Below are positions 44,568 to 55,199 of a DNA stretch of 64,000 nt, piece after piece. Source of the DNA: Cyanophora paradoxa CCMP329 (lineage: Eukaryota > Plantae > Glaucophyta); NCBI GenBank assembly GCA_004431415.1, contig QPMI01000167.1, forward strand, positions 124,001-188,000. Reading direction: 5' to 3'. Numbering within the stretch: the first letter of the stretch is position 1; every line of letters starts with the position of its first letter. Position numbers and translations under genes: made by a program. Under the pieces are notes generated by a model. The model had not been told where the DNA came from. It did no database searches and worked only from the letters and a program-made list of their open reading frames with translations.

Positions 44568-46786
44568 ATGTTCTCTGTGGCACCGGTACCTGCGGCCTGC
44601 AGCCCGGCGCCTGCACGCGCCGCACCTGGCCGCCCTACCTCAAGCTGCGCTGTGACGCTCGTGCGTCCAATTCCACGCCGCACAACGCGGCAGGCGGCAG
44701 CCGCTTCGTGGCACGGCGCACGCGTGCGTTTGCGCGATGCAGCGTCTTCTAGGCTGTTTAGTGCGGAACCACGCTTTCTTGTGCGGGCGGAGGTCGGCAA
44801 GGAAACCGCGGGCGGCCAGTTTTCGCAATCTTTCAAGCAGCTCTCTGGCGTCGATTTCTCCCCCGAGGTCGCTGCGATCATGAGCGTCTACTTCGTTCAG
44901 GGCGTGCTCGGCCTGGCGCGCCTCGCGATAAGCTTCTTCCTCAAGGACGAGCTGAGCTTGAGCCCCGCGGCGGTCGGCGCCCTCACGGGGGTGGCGATGC
45001 TCCCCTGGCTGATCAAGCCGTTGTACGGCTTCATTTCGGACGCTGTACGGCTTTGTCTCTGTTCGTTTTGCTTCGGCGCTTCTGACGCACCGTGGCAAAC
45101 GTCTCGTCGCAGTTTCCCTTATTTGGATACAGAAGGCGGTCGTACCTGCTGCTCGCAGGTTAGTTATGCCGAGCCTCGGGAGATGCTTTAAATCTCTCAT
45201 TTACGGCAGGTCTCGCTGGCTCGTGTGCTTGGCTGGCCCTGAGCACCGTCGTGAGCGACCCGGCGAGCGCCACCGCGGCCTGCTTCGTCGCCTCGATGTC
45301 CGTCGCCGTCGCCGACGTGGTCGTGGACTCCCTCGTCGTGGAGAAGGCGCGGGGGGAGGAGCCTGGGCTTGCGGGCTCGCTGCAGTCGCTCTGCTGGGGC
45401 TCCTCGGCGGTCGGGGGCCTGCTGAGCGCCTACTTCTCGGGGAGCCTCATCGAGGCGCTCGGCACGCGCGGCGTCTTCGCCGCCGCCGCCGTCTTCCCGC
45501 TTCTCACCGCTTCGGTCTCTACGCTCCTTCAGGAGGCCCGCGCCGCCCCCGACCGCCCGGACGGGTGCGGCCGCCACGCGGGGCGGGCGGCGGGGCGCTG
45601 AGGGCGCGCAGGCTGGCGCCCGTGCTCGAGCAAGTCCGCCTCCTCAAGGAGGCCGTCACGCAGCGCGCGGTACGCCCCGCGCTTCCCGCTGCCTTCCGGA
45701 GGCCGAGCGCGGGGCGGGGGTAGGTCTGGCTCCCCACCCTCTTCCTCTTTATATGGCAGGCCTCCGCCAACTCGGACGCCGCCTGGTTCTTCTACCTGTA
45801 CGCCCCCCGCCCCGCCCCCCGCCCGCCCCACCGCCCCCCTGACGCGCTGCACAGCACCAACGAGCTAGGCTTCGTACGCGCCCCCCCCCGGGGGGGGGGG
45901 GGGGGGGGGTTCACACGTGACGGGCCGCAGCGACCGGAGTTCCTGGGGCGGGTGCGGCTGTTCACGTCGGCGGGGGCGCTGGTGGGCGTGGCGCTGTACA
46001 ACCGCTGGTTCCGGACGGTGCCGCTGCGGACGATCTTCTTCTGGAGCACGCTTGCGTCGGCCCCGCTCGGCCTCACCTCCCTGTACGCCCCCCGCCGCCC
46101 GCCCCCGCCCCCGCTGCGCCCCATTTAACGGGGCCAACGCCAGCGTCCTCGTCTACCACCTCAACCGCGCCTTCGGCATCCCCGACGAGCTGTCCGCCCC
46201 TCGCCCCCGCCCTCCCCCCGGCCCCGTCCCCGCTCACGCCCCGCCGCAGCTTCGCGATGGGCGACTCGGTGGTGCGGCGGCCCCCGCGCGCGCGTGGGCG
46301 CGCGGGGCGCGACGGGGCGGGCAGGTGCTCACCGTTCTGGGGCAAATTTCGTTCATGCCGGTGCTGGTGCTGGCGGCGCGGCTGTGCCCGCCGGGCGTCG
46401 AGGCCTCCCTATTCGCACTGCTGATGTCGTGCATCAATGGGGCCTCTACTGTGCGCCCCCCGCCGCCCGACCCCGCTGCGCCCCGCCGAGCTCCCGCCCC
46501 AGGTCGGCACCGAGCTCGGCGCGCTCCTCACCTCCCTCCTCGGTGTCACGGAGAGCGACTTCAGCAACCTTCCGCTCCTCCTCCTCATCTGCAACCTCTC
46601 CTCCTGGATCCCGCTGCCATTCATTTCCTGGCTGCCGGCCGAGAGCTCGGCCGAAGCCGCAAGGTGCATGCGCCCTGCCCGCCTGCCCTCCACGCAGTGT
46701 GACCGAGCGCCACCGGCAGCGCTGCAGAGCTCGAGAGAGCGAAAGGCGTCCTCCCCCCCCCGGACGATCCCGAGCACCACATGTAG
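44568..46786 (+). CDS. Folate-biopterin transporter (BT1 family, MFS), plastid-type
   Basis: [95 protein letters not shown]. Confidence 0.93.
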
Positions 46787-46950
46787 CCCCTGCGATTCTC
46801 CCCTCTACCCTCCCTGCCCTCAGGGCCTTTTCGTTGCTCTCGGGCGCGTCGCAAGGAAAATTTGCTACTGCCACTGCTATCGCGGGTCAAAGAAGAAAAA
46901 AAGATGGCGCGGGCCGCCAAAAACGGACGACTGGCCCGAGGACGGGGGCG

Positions 46951-49900
46951 CTAGAAGCGGAAGCGGATGGGGGGGCCGGCGGATGCGTCGGGGGGCTGGG
47001 CGGGCTCGTACGGGGCGCGGTGCGGGGCGAGGAGGGGCCGGTGCGGGGCCTGCAGGGGCCGTTCGGCCTCCCAGTCGGGGATGCTTCCCGGAGCGCCGTC
47101 CCAGGCGCCCCCGCTCCCGTCGTCCTCGCCGTGCGGCGCCAGCGTCGGCGCCCGCGCGGCGAAGGGCGAGCGCGCGCGCATCGCCGCCTGCAGCTCCGTC
47201 CCCTGGTTCCGCGGCGTGTACGGCTCCTCCTCCACAGCCGCCGGCCCCGCCGCCCGCCCCGGGGCTCGGGCGGCGCCCAGGGCGAGGGGGAACTCGGCGT
47301 GGACCGAGGCGTGCGAGCCCTGCGTCCCGTTCGGGCGCGCCCACGCACCGCCCCGCGCGCCGCTCGAAGGGCCCGCCCAGCTTCCCTCCACGGCGCCCGG
47401 CCCAAGCAGGGGCCGCACGAGGGGCCCGTGCTGCGATCCCGAGGGCCGCCGCGGGGGCCGGGCCTGCCCTCGAGCCGCCGTTGCGGGGCCGCCGGCGGCG
47501 TGATCCGTGAAGGTGGGGCCGAGGACGGGGGGTGCGAAGATGGAGGCAACGGCCAGCGGCTGGTCCTGCGAGGGCCGGGATCGCAGCCCGAGGAGCGCCT
47601 GCGCCTCCGCCACCGCGCTGTCCCACACCGCCCGCAGGCTGGAGCCGCCGCCAGCCTCTTCGGCGCGGCCCTCCTCCCGCACCACGAATGTCGGCAGGTC
47701 GCGCCCACGGCCGAGCTGCGGCGGCGGCTGGGCGCCAGGGTGCGCGCTGCGGCGGCGGGGCGGCTGCTGTTCGGGGCCGGCGTGGGCGTGGTGCGGGCGC
47801 TGCGCAGAGGCGAGGCGCTGCATGGACTGCTGCCGCTGGAGGGACTGCTGCCGCTGGAGGCCCTCCCCGTGCCCGTTCACGCCGCCGTGCCCGTGGTGCC
47901 CGTGCGGCCGCCGCACGTGCGCCGCCGCCGCCCCTGCGCCCGCGCCGCCGCCGCCGTCTCCGCCCGGAACGACACCGCCTGCGGGCCCCTTCGGCGGGAG
48001 GGGCGGCGGGGCGGCGGGGCGGCGCACGATCTCGGTGGCGGCGGTGAAGGCGCTCGAGGCGAGGCGGCTCAGGCCGGCACCCGAGGTCGACTCGCCGTGC
48101 TCGCCCGCCTCCTGCTTCTGCGGCCGCCTCGCGGGGGCGCGGCGCCCGCGCGCGGCGCAGGCGCACCCTCGGGGGCGGGGCGACGAGGCCCACGGGCTGC
48201 GTGGCGGGGGCCTCTGGGGCCGGGGGCCCGCCGGCGGCGGCCTGAGCCTGGGCGAGGGCAGCGAACTCGGGGGGGATCTGCGCGGCGTGAGCGACGCGGG
48301 GCGGGGCGGGGCGGGGTGGGGCGGCGGGCCTCGACGCCGAAGAGGGAGGCCTCGCGGGCGAGGAAGGCGGCCTGCCGCCGCCGCTGGTGCTGCGCCCGCA
48401 GGTGCGAGTTGATCAGCGCCGCCAGGTTCCCCAGCGGCGATCCCAGCAGCTGCGCAAGTTCGCCCCATGTCAGCGCCGGGCCGGCGGCGGGGCGGGGCGG
48501 CGCGGGCCTGGGTCATAACGCGGTTGGCGGCGGCCTCGACGGCGGAGCAGAGGACGCCGCGGAAGATGGCGGCGATCGAGTTGTATAGCCAGCTCATCTT
48601 TGAGCTCTTGAACGTCAGATCTGCCGCCCCGCGCCCCGTCGGCCCCTGGCCACGCGGCCCTCGCGCCGCCGCGCCTCGCGCCTGCTCACCGATGTCGGAG
48701 ACCTTGACGTTGTTGAAGTCAGCGGCGATCTCCGGGAGCTCCTCCGGGCCACGCTGTACGATCTGCCCGCCCTCAGACCGGCCCGCGCCCCGCCCTGCCC
48801 AGGACAGCGCACCTTGAGGGGGAAGGAGAGGTGCGGGCGGGAGGCCGGTCAAGGCTCGCGCGCGGGGAGCGGGCGTGGCGTGCGCGAGAGGGGGCGTTGT
48901 GGGGCAGGGAGGATATGGGAGTGAAGTTAAACTCGGCGTCGAGGAGGCCGTTCGTCTGCACGGCGGCGTCAGACGGGGCGGGGGGCGGGGCTGGGCGGGG
49001 CGGGGCGGGGCGGGCACGGAGAAGGCGTCGTGCTCCTCGAAGGCGACGCTCCAGGCGATGTCGTTGAAGTTGGCCAGCAGCGACATGCTGCGCCCCCTCG
49101 CACGCGCCCCGCCGGCCCCGCGTCCCACACCGGCACCGCGCACTTGCTCAGGTGGAGCGCGTCCCCGCGCCGCTCGAACCGCACATCCGCCGCCGAGAAG
49201 GAGAGCGACGACAGGTGCACGTTCTTAACCTACGCGGCGCCTCACGCAAAGCGGCCCCGCAGCGCCGCAGCCGGCCCCGCACCGAGAACTCGGCCGGCCC
49301 GAGGGGACTTGCTGCGGGCCGCGTGCGTCGCACAGGGGAAGCGGGCGCGCTGGCGGGCGGGGACGAACCGGAGCGGCCGGATATGGGGGGGACGACGATC
49401 TTTCGGATGACCTGGATTAGCATGTCGCTGGAGAAGACCTGCGCGCCCGTCGCCCCTGTCCCGGCCGGCGGACCCAGCGGGCGGCGCGCCTGGGAGACGA
49501 CGTTAATGGCCTCGTCCGTCGACAGCGAGACCGCCTTCCCCACGCGGATCACGTCCTCGTGCTGGCCCCCGGTGAGGCTCCGTGGCCGCCTGCAGCCCCC
49601 GCCCCCGCGCACCCGTAGCGTGGCGCTAGCGTCGAACGGGACACGGTCCACGGCGGCGACGGCCCGCAGCAGTAGGGTCCGGCAGGCGCTGATGAGGGAC
49701 CCCATCACCTGCGAGCACCGCGTCTGTGTCCCGGGCACGCCCACGCACAACAATAGCGCAAGGTGTGAAAACGAACGTTGTTGCCGGACAGGAGCGATCT
49801 CCGACCGAGCTCGGTGTGGAAGAACGCCTTCAGCTCATCTGCGCAGCAGTACGTAAACGGAACCCGCCAAGGATCGACGGGCCACGACGGACCGTCCACT

Positions 49901-50861
49901 TCTTGCAGCGTGGCTGCCCGGTCTTTGTCGCTCTTCATGGCGTTCATGAAACTTGTCGACGCCGAGAATAACTGTGCATTTGAATCAAGAAAAGCATCGA
50001 CCAAGAAAGACAAGAAAGACAAGCTGCTGCGGCGATGAAAAGGGAAGAAAGGACGCGATGCGGCGGGAGCCGTTCATCTCTTCATTCCAAAACGCTCGCA
50101 CCAAGTGGCCCCAATCGGTAGCCCACAGGTGGTCGAGTGCGAACGACGCGTGGTCAAGTGCGCTGGAGTCGTCAGGCCAGCCCATGATCTGCCAAAGGTC
50201 ATCAGTCTGTGTGAGAGGCTGCCAAGTGAGCGCACATTGTTGAGCGTGTCCAGCAGCCAGCGCCCGTCTCTCGAGTCGAAGAGCTGCCAGTTGCCGGTCA
50301 GTCCGAGTGCGCAGGCTGGAGCGGAAACGCAGACTCCATGCGAGCGCACTCGGTTCCCGACTCGCTCGACCTCCCTGCTTCGAGCGGCCAGGCCCGGGTT
50401 GCGTGAGATCGCCCCCCACAGCAGGCGGACATCGATGATAGGTTGCTTCACTTGCTGCCGCTGTCGAATCCACTCCTGAGGCGCGTCAGCTTGGAAACCA
50501 AGCCGCTGCGGTGCACTAGGCGCACTTGGATGGCGCCGATGCTGGCCTGCACTTCCTGGCAACGGCCCAAATCGTCCAGTACGCGCTTGCTGGCGTTGAT
50601 GCTCTGCTGAACCTTCTTGAGCTCGCTAGCATACCTGCGGTCGCGTTTAGGCGGGTCTGCTTCGCGGCTAACTGCAAAATCCGCGCGGGTGCTCAAACAG
50701 GCGCGGGAGTCTAACCTTTCTTCTTCCTTTCTCTTCTTCCGCGCATCCTCTCGCGCGGGGTCGCGCTTCCCCTGTCGGAGCTGCGGCGGTGTGGCGCCGT
50801 GCGGTGCGGTGTAGGGCAGCCCCACGTAGGGGGGCGCGGGCTGCGGCGGCTCTGACAGCAT
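46951..50861 (-). CDS. Hypothetical protein with a BPI/LBP (TULIP)-like beta-rich domain and low-complexity tail
   Basis: Phase-consistent exons; the segment VKVSDI..DLTFKSSKMSWLYNSIAAIFRGVLCSAVE resembles the SWLYN motif of BPI/LBP N-domains. The domain call is tentative. Confidence 0.55.
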
Positions 50862-51046
50862 CGCGCTCGGACCGTGCTCTGATCAGAGCGTCGTCCCGAA
50901 ACGTTAGCCGCACGTCGACACGCGTACCCGTACGGCGTGTGGTCAAAACCGAGCAACTTCCAGCTGCAGCCCCGCGACTACAGCCTGTCAAACGAAGCGC
51001 GAGGGGGAAGCGGAAGAGCTTTTTAGAGCGTTGCACCCCCGGCGCC

Positions 51047-52219
51047 ATGTTTCTGACAAGGTGTGTACGCGCGCCCGCTCCGCGCGCCCTGCAGCTCTGC
51101 GGTCTCCGTCTTCGAGATCAGAGATGCACACGCCGGGTCATATGCCCACCTTCGATGGCCGCAGGAACGAGTATGACCGCGGCGTCAACACATTCTCGCC
51201 CGAGGGCCGGCTTTTTCAAGTCGAGTACGCTCTTGAGGCGATCAAGGTGCGGCCTACGCGTGCACATCGCTCTCAGAGGCCGCGCATGTGCCGGGTGCCT
51301 TACGTTCGCGGCAGCTGGGCTCGACCGCCGTGGGCATTCAGACCGCCGAGGGCGTGATCATTGCGGTCGAAAAGCGCCTGACATCACCTCTCCTGGAGCC
51401 TTCGAGCGTGGAGAAGATCATGGAAATCGACTCGCACATGGGCTGTGCGATGAGCGGTCTCACTGCCGATGCGCGGACCCTCATCGACTTCGCTCGAGTG
51501 GAGACTCAAGTACGAGTGCACGCGAGCGGTGGGTTGCGTCTGGCGCGCTCACCCGCGGCAGAACTACCGGTTTTCGTACAACGAGCCGATGGGGATGGAG
51601 TCGTGCACACAGGCGATTTGCGACAAGTGCCTTGGATTTGGAGAAGGGGGAGAAGATACGATGGTGCGTTTCATCGATGACGAGTGCTGTCTTATGCAGG
51701 CACTGAATTTTGTCGCAGTCTCGGCCTTTCGGAGTTGCATTGCTGATCGCTGGCATCGACGGGCTTGGCCCTGCATTGTGTGTTCCTTTTTGTTTTCATA
51801 TCCGAGCTGCCTTGCATGGCCTTCCAACTCACGTCAACCCTGGTAGGTATCACACCGACCCGTCAGGCACGTACACTCGTTTCGACACGAAGGCGATCGG
51901 CTCGGGTGCCGAGGGCGCTCAGACTGCACTCACGGAGGGTTACAACAAGGTGCTAAGCGCTCAGCGACCTTTCTCTTCTCTTTTCTGTGCATGACCTCGC
52001 ATTCTTTCCCAGAGTATGACTCTCGCCGAGGCCGAGAAGCTGGCATTGAGTACGCTAAAGCAGGTCATGGAAGAGAAAATCACGGACACAAATGTCGAGC
52101 TGGCATCCGTCCGGACTGACACCCGCAAGTTCAAGATCTACTCGCAGGAGGAGCTCCGGGAGGTTCTGGCACGGATCACGACAACAGCTGGGCCTTCCGA
52201 TGCTGCAGCCCCAGCGTAA
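51047..52219 (+). CDS. PSMA5: 20S proteasome subunit alpha type-5
   Basis: MFLTR|[27 protein letters not shown]|[40 protein letters not shown]. Confidence 0.97.
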
Positions 52220-52576
52220 CTCGAGTGACTTTCTTCTCCCGGCCTCGTGTTCCCTGCATGATTTTATGGCACTTCTACACACGTACACCCAACGATTTCG
52301 GTCCGCATATGGCCACCGTCTTGACTGCGTGGGTTACCGCGGCTAGCTATAGTGGTACATAAAGCGGGCGCCGTCGAGCGCTCCCCTTCATGACGCGACG
52401 AGCACCTGGTTTCGGAACATCGTATTCACATAATCAATGTCGTCTACACGACAAATGTGCAGTGGACGATAGCAGAGAAGGTTCACGGGATGGGTAGGGG
52501 CGAAAACGCGGAAGACACCGCGCACGCTCGCAGGACGGGGGAGCGCGGCGGCGGGGAGTGAGGACAGTTAAATAAT

Positions 52577-53247
52577 CTACTTCGACATGAGCAAGTTGAC
52601 GAAATCGGCGTAGTTGACCTTGCCATCGCCAGAGACATCTGCTTCCCGAATCATCTCGTCGACCTGGCGTCGCCATCAGCACCACTCACAGACGCCGCCG
52701 CGTAAGCTAACTCGCAGACCTCCTCGTCAGTGAGCTTCTCGCCGAGGTTTGTCATGATGTGCCGCAGCTCGACAGTGGTGATGTAGCCGCTGCCCTCCTT
52801 ATCGAACACGCGGAAGGCATCCATAATCTCCTCGGTCGAGTAGGGCTCCTTGGACTTCTTGCTCATAATGGTGAGGAACTGTAAAGACAGCCGACACGCA
52901 TCAGCGTTCTGGCCATTTTTGAGCGGCGGCGCCCATATGGGCAAAGCGCACGTTGGCAAAGTCAATGAGGGTCGTTCCTTCGGCCTGGAGTTCATTGATG
53001 AGCTCGTTCAGCTCCGCCTCGGTGGGTGTCTGGCCGAGCGAGCGCATCACTGTGCCGAGCTCCTTCGGGGTGATGCAGCCATCGCCGTCGCGGTCAAAGA
53101 GAGAGAACGCCTCCTTGAACTCCGCAAGCTGCTCCTCGGTGAACTCGTGGTGGCCGGCCTGCACGAAAGGCAGGTCAGCATGGGAGCGCACCAGGCGGGC
53201 CAACCGCCGACGAGTTCGCCGCGCAGAGGCTGCCAGCGGCACACCAT
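52577..53247 (-). CDS. Calmodulin-like EF-hand protein (EF2 degenerate)
   Basis: [61 protein letters not shown]|[18 protein letters not shown]; the first exon is the ATG alone. Confidence 0.93.
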
Positions 53248-53416
53248 TTGCGAATGCTACTGCGCTGCGGGTTGCGGATGGCCGAGGTTTTGAAGTTGGG
53301 TCTTTTCTTAGACCGTCGTTTCTGCCAGGGGTGGACCTGGCCGGGGGTACGGAGCCTCGGAGATCTCTGCATGGGCAGCTGCAGCTTGCGCTAGCAGCTC
53401 AGCGGTGATCAACAGC

Positions 53417-53890
53417 TGTATATATACGGCTGCCACAGGCTGTACATGTACATGTACGTACTGTATATAGTTTCGAATTCCCCTCCGCAAACTTGAAATA
53501 CGTATACTGCAGCTGGTACCGCGGCCGGCCGCGGTCACACACGGCCGCGGGTACGTACTAGTACTACGGTATATGTACCGGACGGCTCACGCGTACGTGC
53601 ACTGCGCGTGCGCATGCAGCTGAGCTCGAGTCATGCATATGCATATGATCATGATCATGATCGATATCATGGCCATGCCATGGCCACGGCCGCGGCCGGC
53701 GCCATGCCCATGGCCATGCACAGTACACTAGGCCTAGGGCATATACGTATACGCATGCATATATATGGTCGACATCATGATCATATATATATATGATCAT
53801 GATCATGATGCATATGGTAACGTTTGCCAAGTACTAGTTGCATCATGATCATGATCATGATCAATTTCAGCTGCAGACAGCTTAATTATA
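53417..53890. repeat. Tract of concatenated, overlapping short palindromes
   Basis: Almost entirely tiled by 4-6-mers such as catg, gtac, tgatca, tcatga, gtatac, ggcc and ccgcgg; perfect 30-bp palindrome at 53774-53803. Confidence 0.9.
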
Positions 53891-54289
53891 TAACTTAGTA
53901 ACTTGGCGGCAATTTGCAACTGGGCGGACCCGGGAGCTCAAGAGGGGACCCGGGCCCGCCAGGCCTAGGGGGCCCCTGGCACCGTGCCACGCCGTGTGAC
54001 GGTGGGACTGCGGCAGGCCTAGGGCGGGCCGGGCCTTGTGCCAAGCGTACGGGCCTTGTACATATGCCGCGCGCCTTGAGCTGAATTCGAGTCGAGGGCC
54101 GCTCATGATCAGCCGCTGAGCAGCTCCCGATCCGATCGCGAGTTCCAGCTGCAGTGGGGCCGGGGCCCGGCGGCCGGCTCTTAAATTTTCCCCGCGGGCA
54201 CGGTTACTCGGCAAGGGCGTGTTTTTTTTCCCTAAAGCGGTAATCTAATTCAAAGCACAGTCCACAGAGCACAGTCTAGTCTAAGTAAC

Positions 54290-54990
54290 TATACTACAAG
54301 AGGGGTGTAGTGTAGTGTCTAAAGCTAGCTGGCTTGTTGGAGGTGTTGAATGTAGAAGGTCCCCCGTGGTTGTTGCGCCGTCCACTGCCGACCGCCTGCT
54401 GGATTATTCCTGGGGCGTGAAGCCGGACCTGGTTCTGCATCTCGCAGGGTCCTCCTCCAAGCAGGAGCCTTACTCCTCGGTTGCCAGTTGAGTTGTAGAG
54501 CCTCCTTTTGTGGCATCCCAAAGGGCTGTCCACTAGGTATTGGTCTTGGCCGTGGTAGGGGGCGCACATAGCTCGTCTTCGACACTGGGTGCTCTGGGCG
54601 TATATATAGCGCAGGCGTCGGCCAGAGAGTACTACGGTTTTCGCTGCTCAGCGGCTATCCCATGTGCCCTACTCTATACTCCCAGCGGGCTCCCACGTAG
54701 GTACGTTTACAATGAGATGACCGGCTCCCTTCCTGACTTGTTGGACCATTCCTCTTCCAGAGAGAAGAAGCAGATTCCGGCCTTCCTCTCGATACTATTA
54801 TTCAGGCCGGTCTGGGCGAGCTCGAGCTTGAGGATGGGCCCACTGTTTGAACCCTGGAGCTGGAGATCCGGACCCCAAGAAGGCCAGGCGCCGGAAACAG
54901 CTTCTGCTCTCTGGAAGAGGCCAAAGAAGGAAGAGGTCAGCAAGGAGGAGGCGCATCAACCATGCCCTTTCTCCTGAAAGCGTCTAGATG
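54290..54990. mobile_element. Degenerate dispersed repeat R2 (longer relic copy)
   Basis: Shares blocks with 36264-36452; intronless, lower GC, no intact ORF. Boundaries approximate. Confidence 0.5.
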
Positions 54991-55199
54991 CAGTGTCGGC
55001 ATACCTAGTGCCAATATCGCGGCCTGCATCCGTGCCAATGGCACGGGCGGCATACCAGTGGTGCGAGACTTCCTGCTCTGGCGGACGAGGAGGAAGCCCT
55101 GCAAAATTCTCGGCTCGCGGCTTTGTGTGTGTGTGTGTGTTGGGGGGGGGGGGGGGGGGGCTCGAAGCAAGCGCACAATCATTCTCTGGTGGAGGCATA

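Noticed and set aside
5470-46760. Apparent frameshifts in several genes, suggesting pseudogenes or programmed frameshifting
   Set aside because: Those I traced fall in G/C homopolymers, and duplicate copies differ in the same way, so long-read indel error is the simplest explanation.
700-49200. Hundreds of long overlapping R/G/P/A-rich ORFs on both strands
   Set aside because: Expected from stop-codon scarcity at very high GC; the real proteins emerge only after splicing.
49703-49707. TGATG stop/start overlap suggesting prokaryote-like translational coupling
   Set aside because: A phase-0 intron (AAC|gttcgt..ctcgcag|GTG ATG) joins the two ORFs into one gene.
53417-53890. Synthetic polylinker or vector contamination (many restriction sites)
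   Set aside because: Sites are redundant, overlapping and spread through many intergenic regions, and paralog comparisons show them arising in place.
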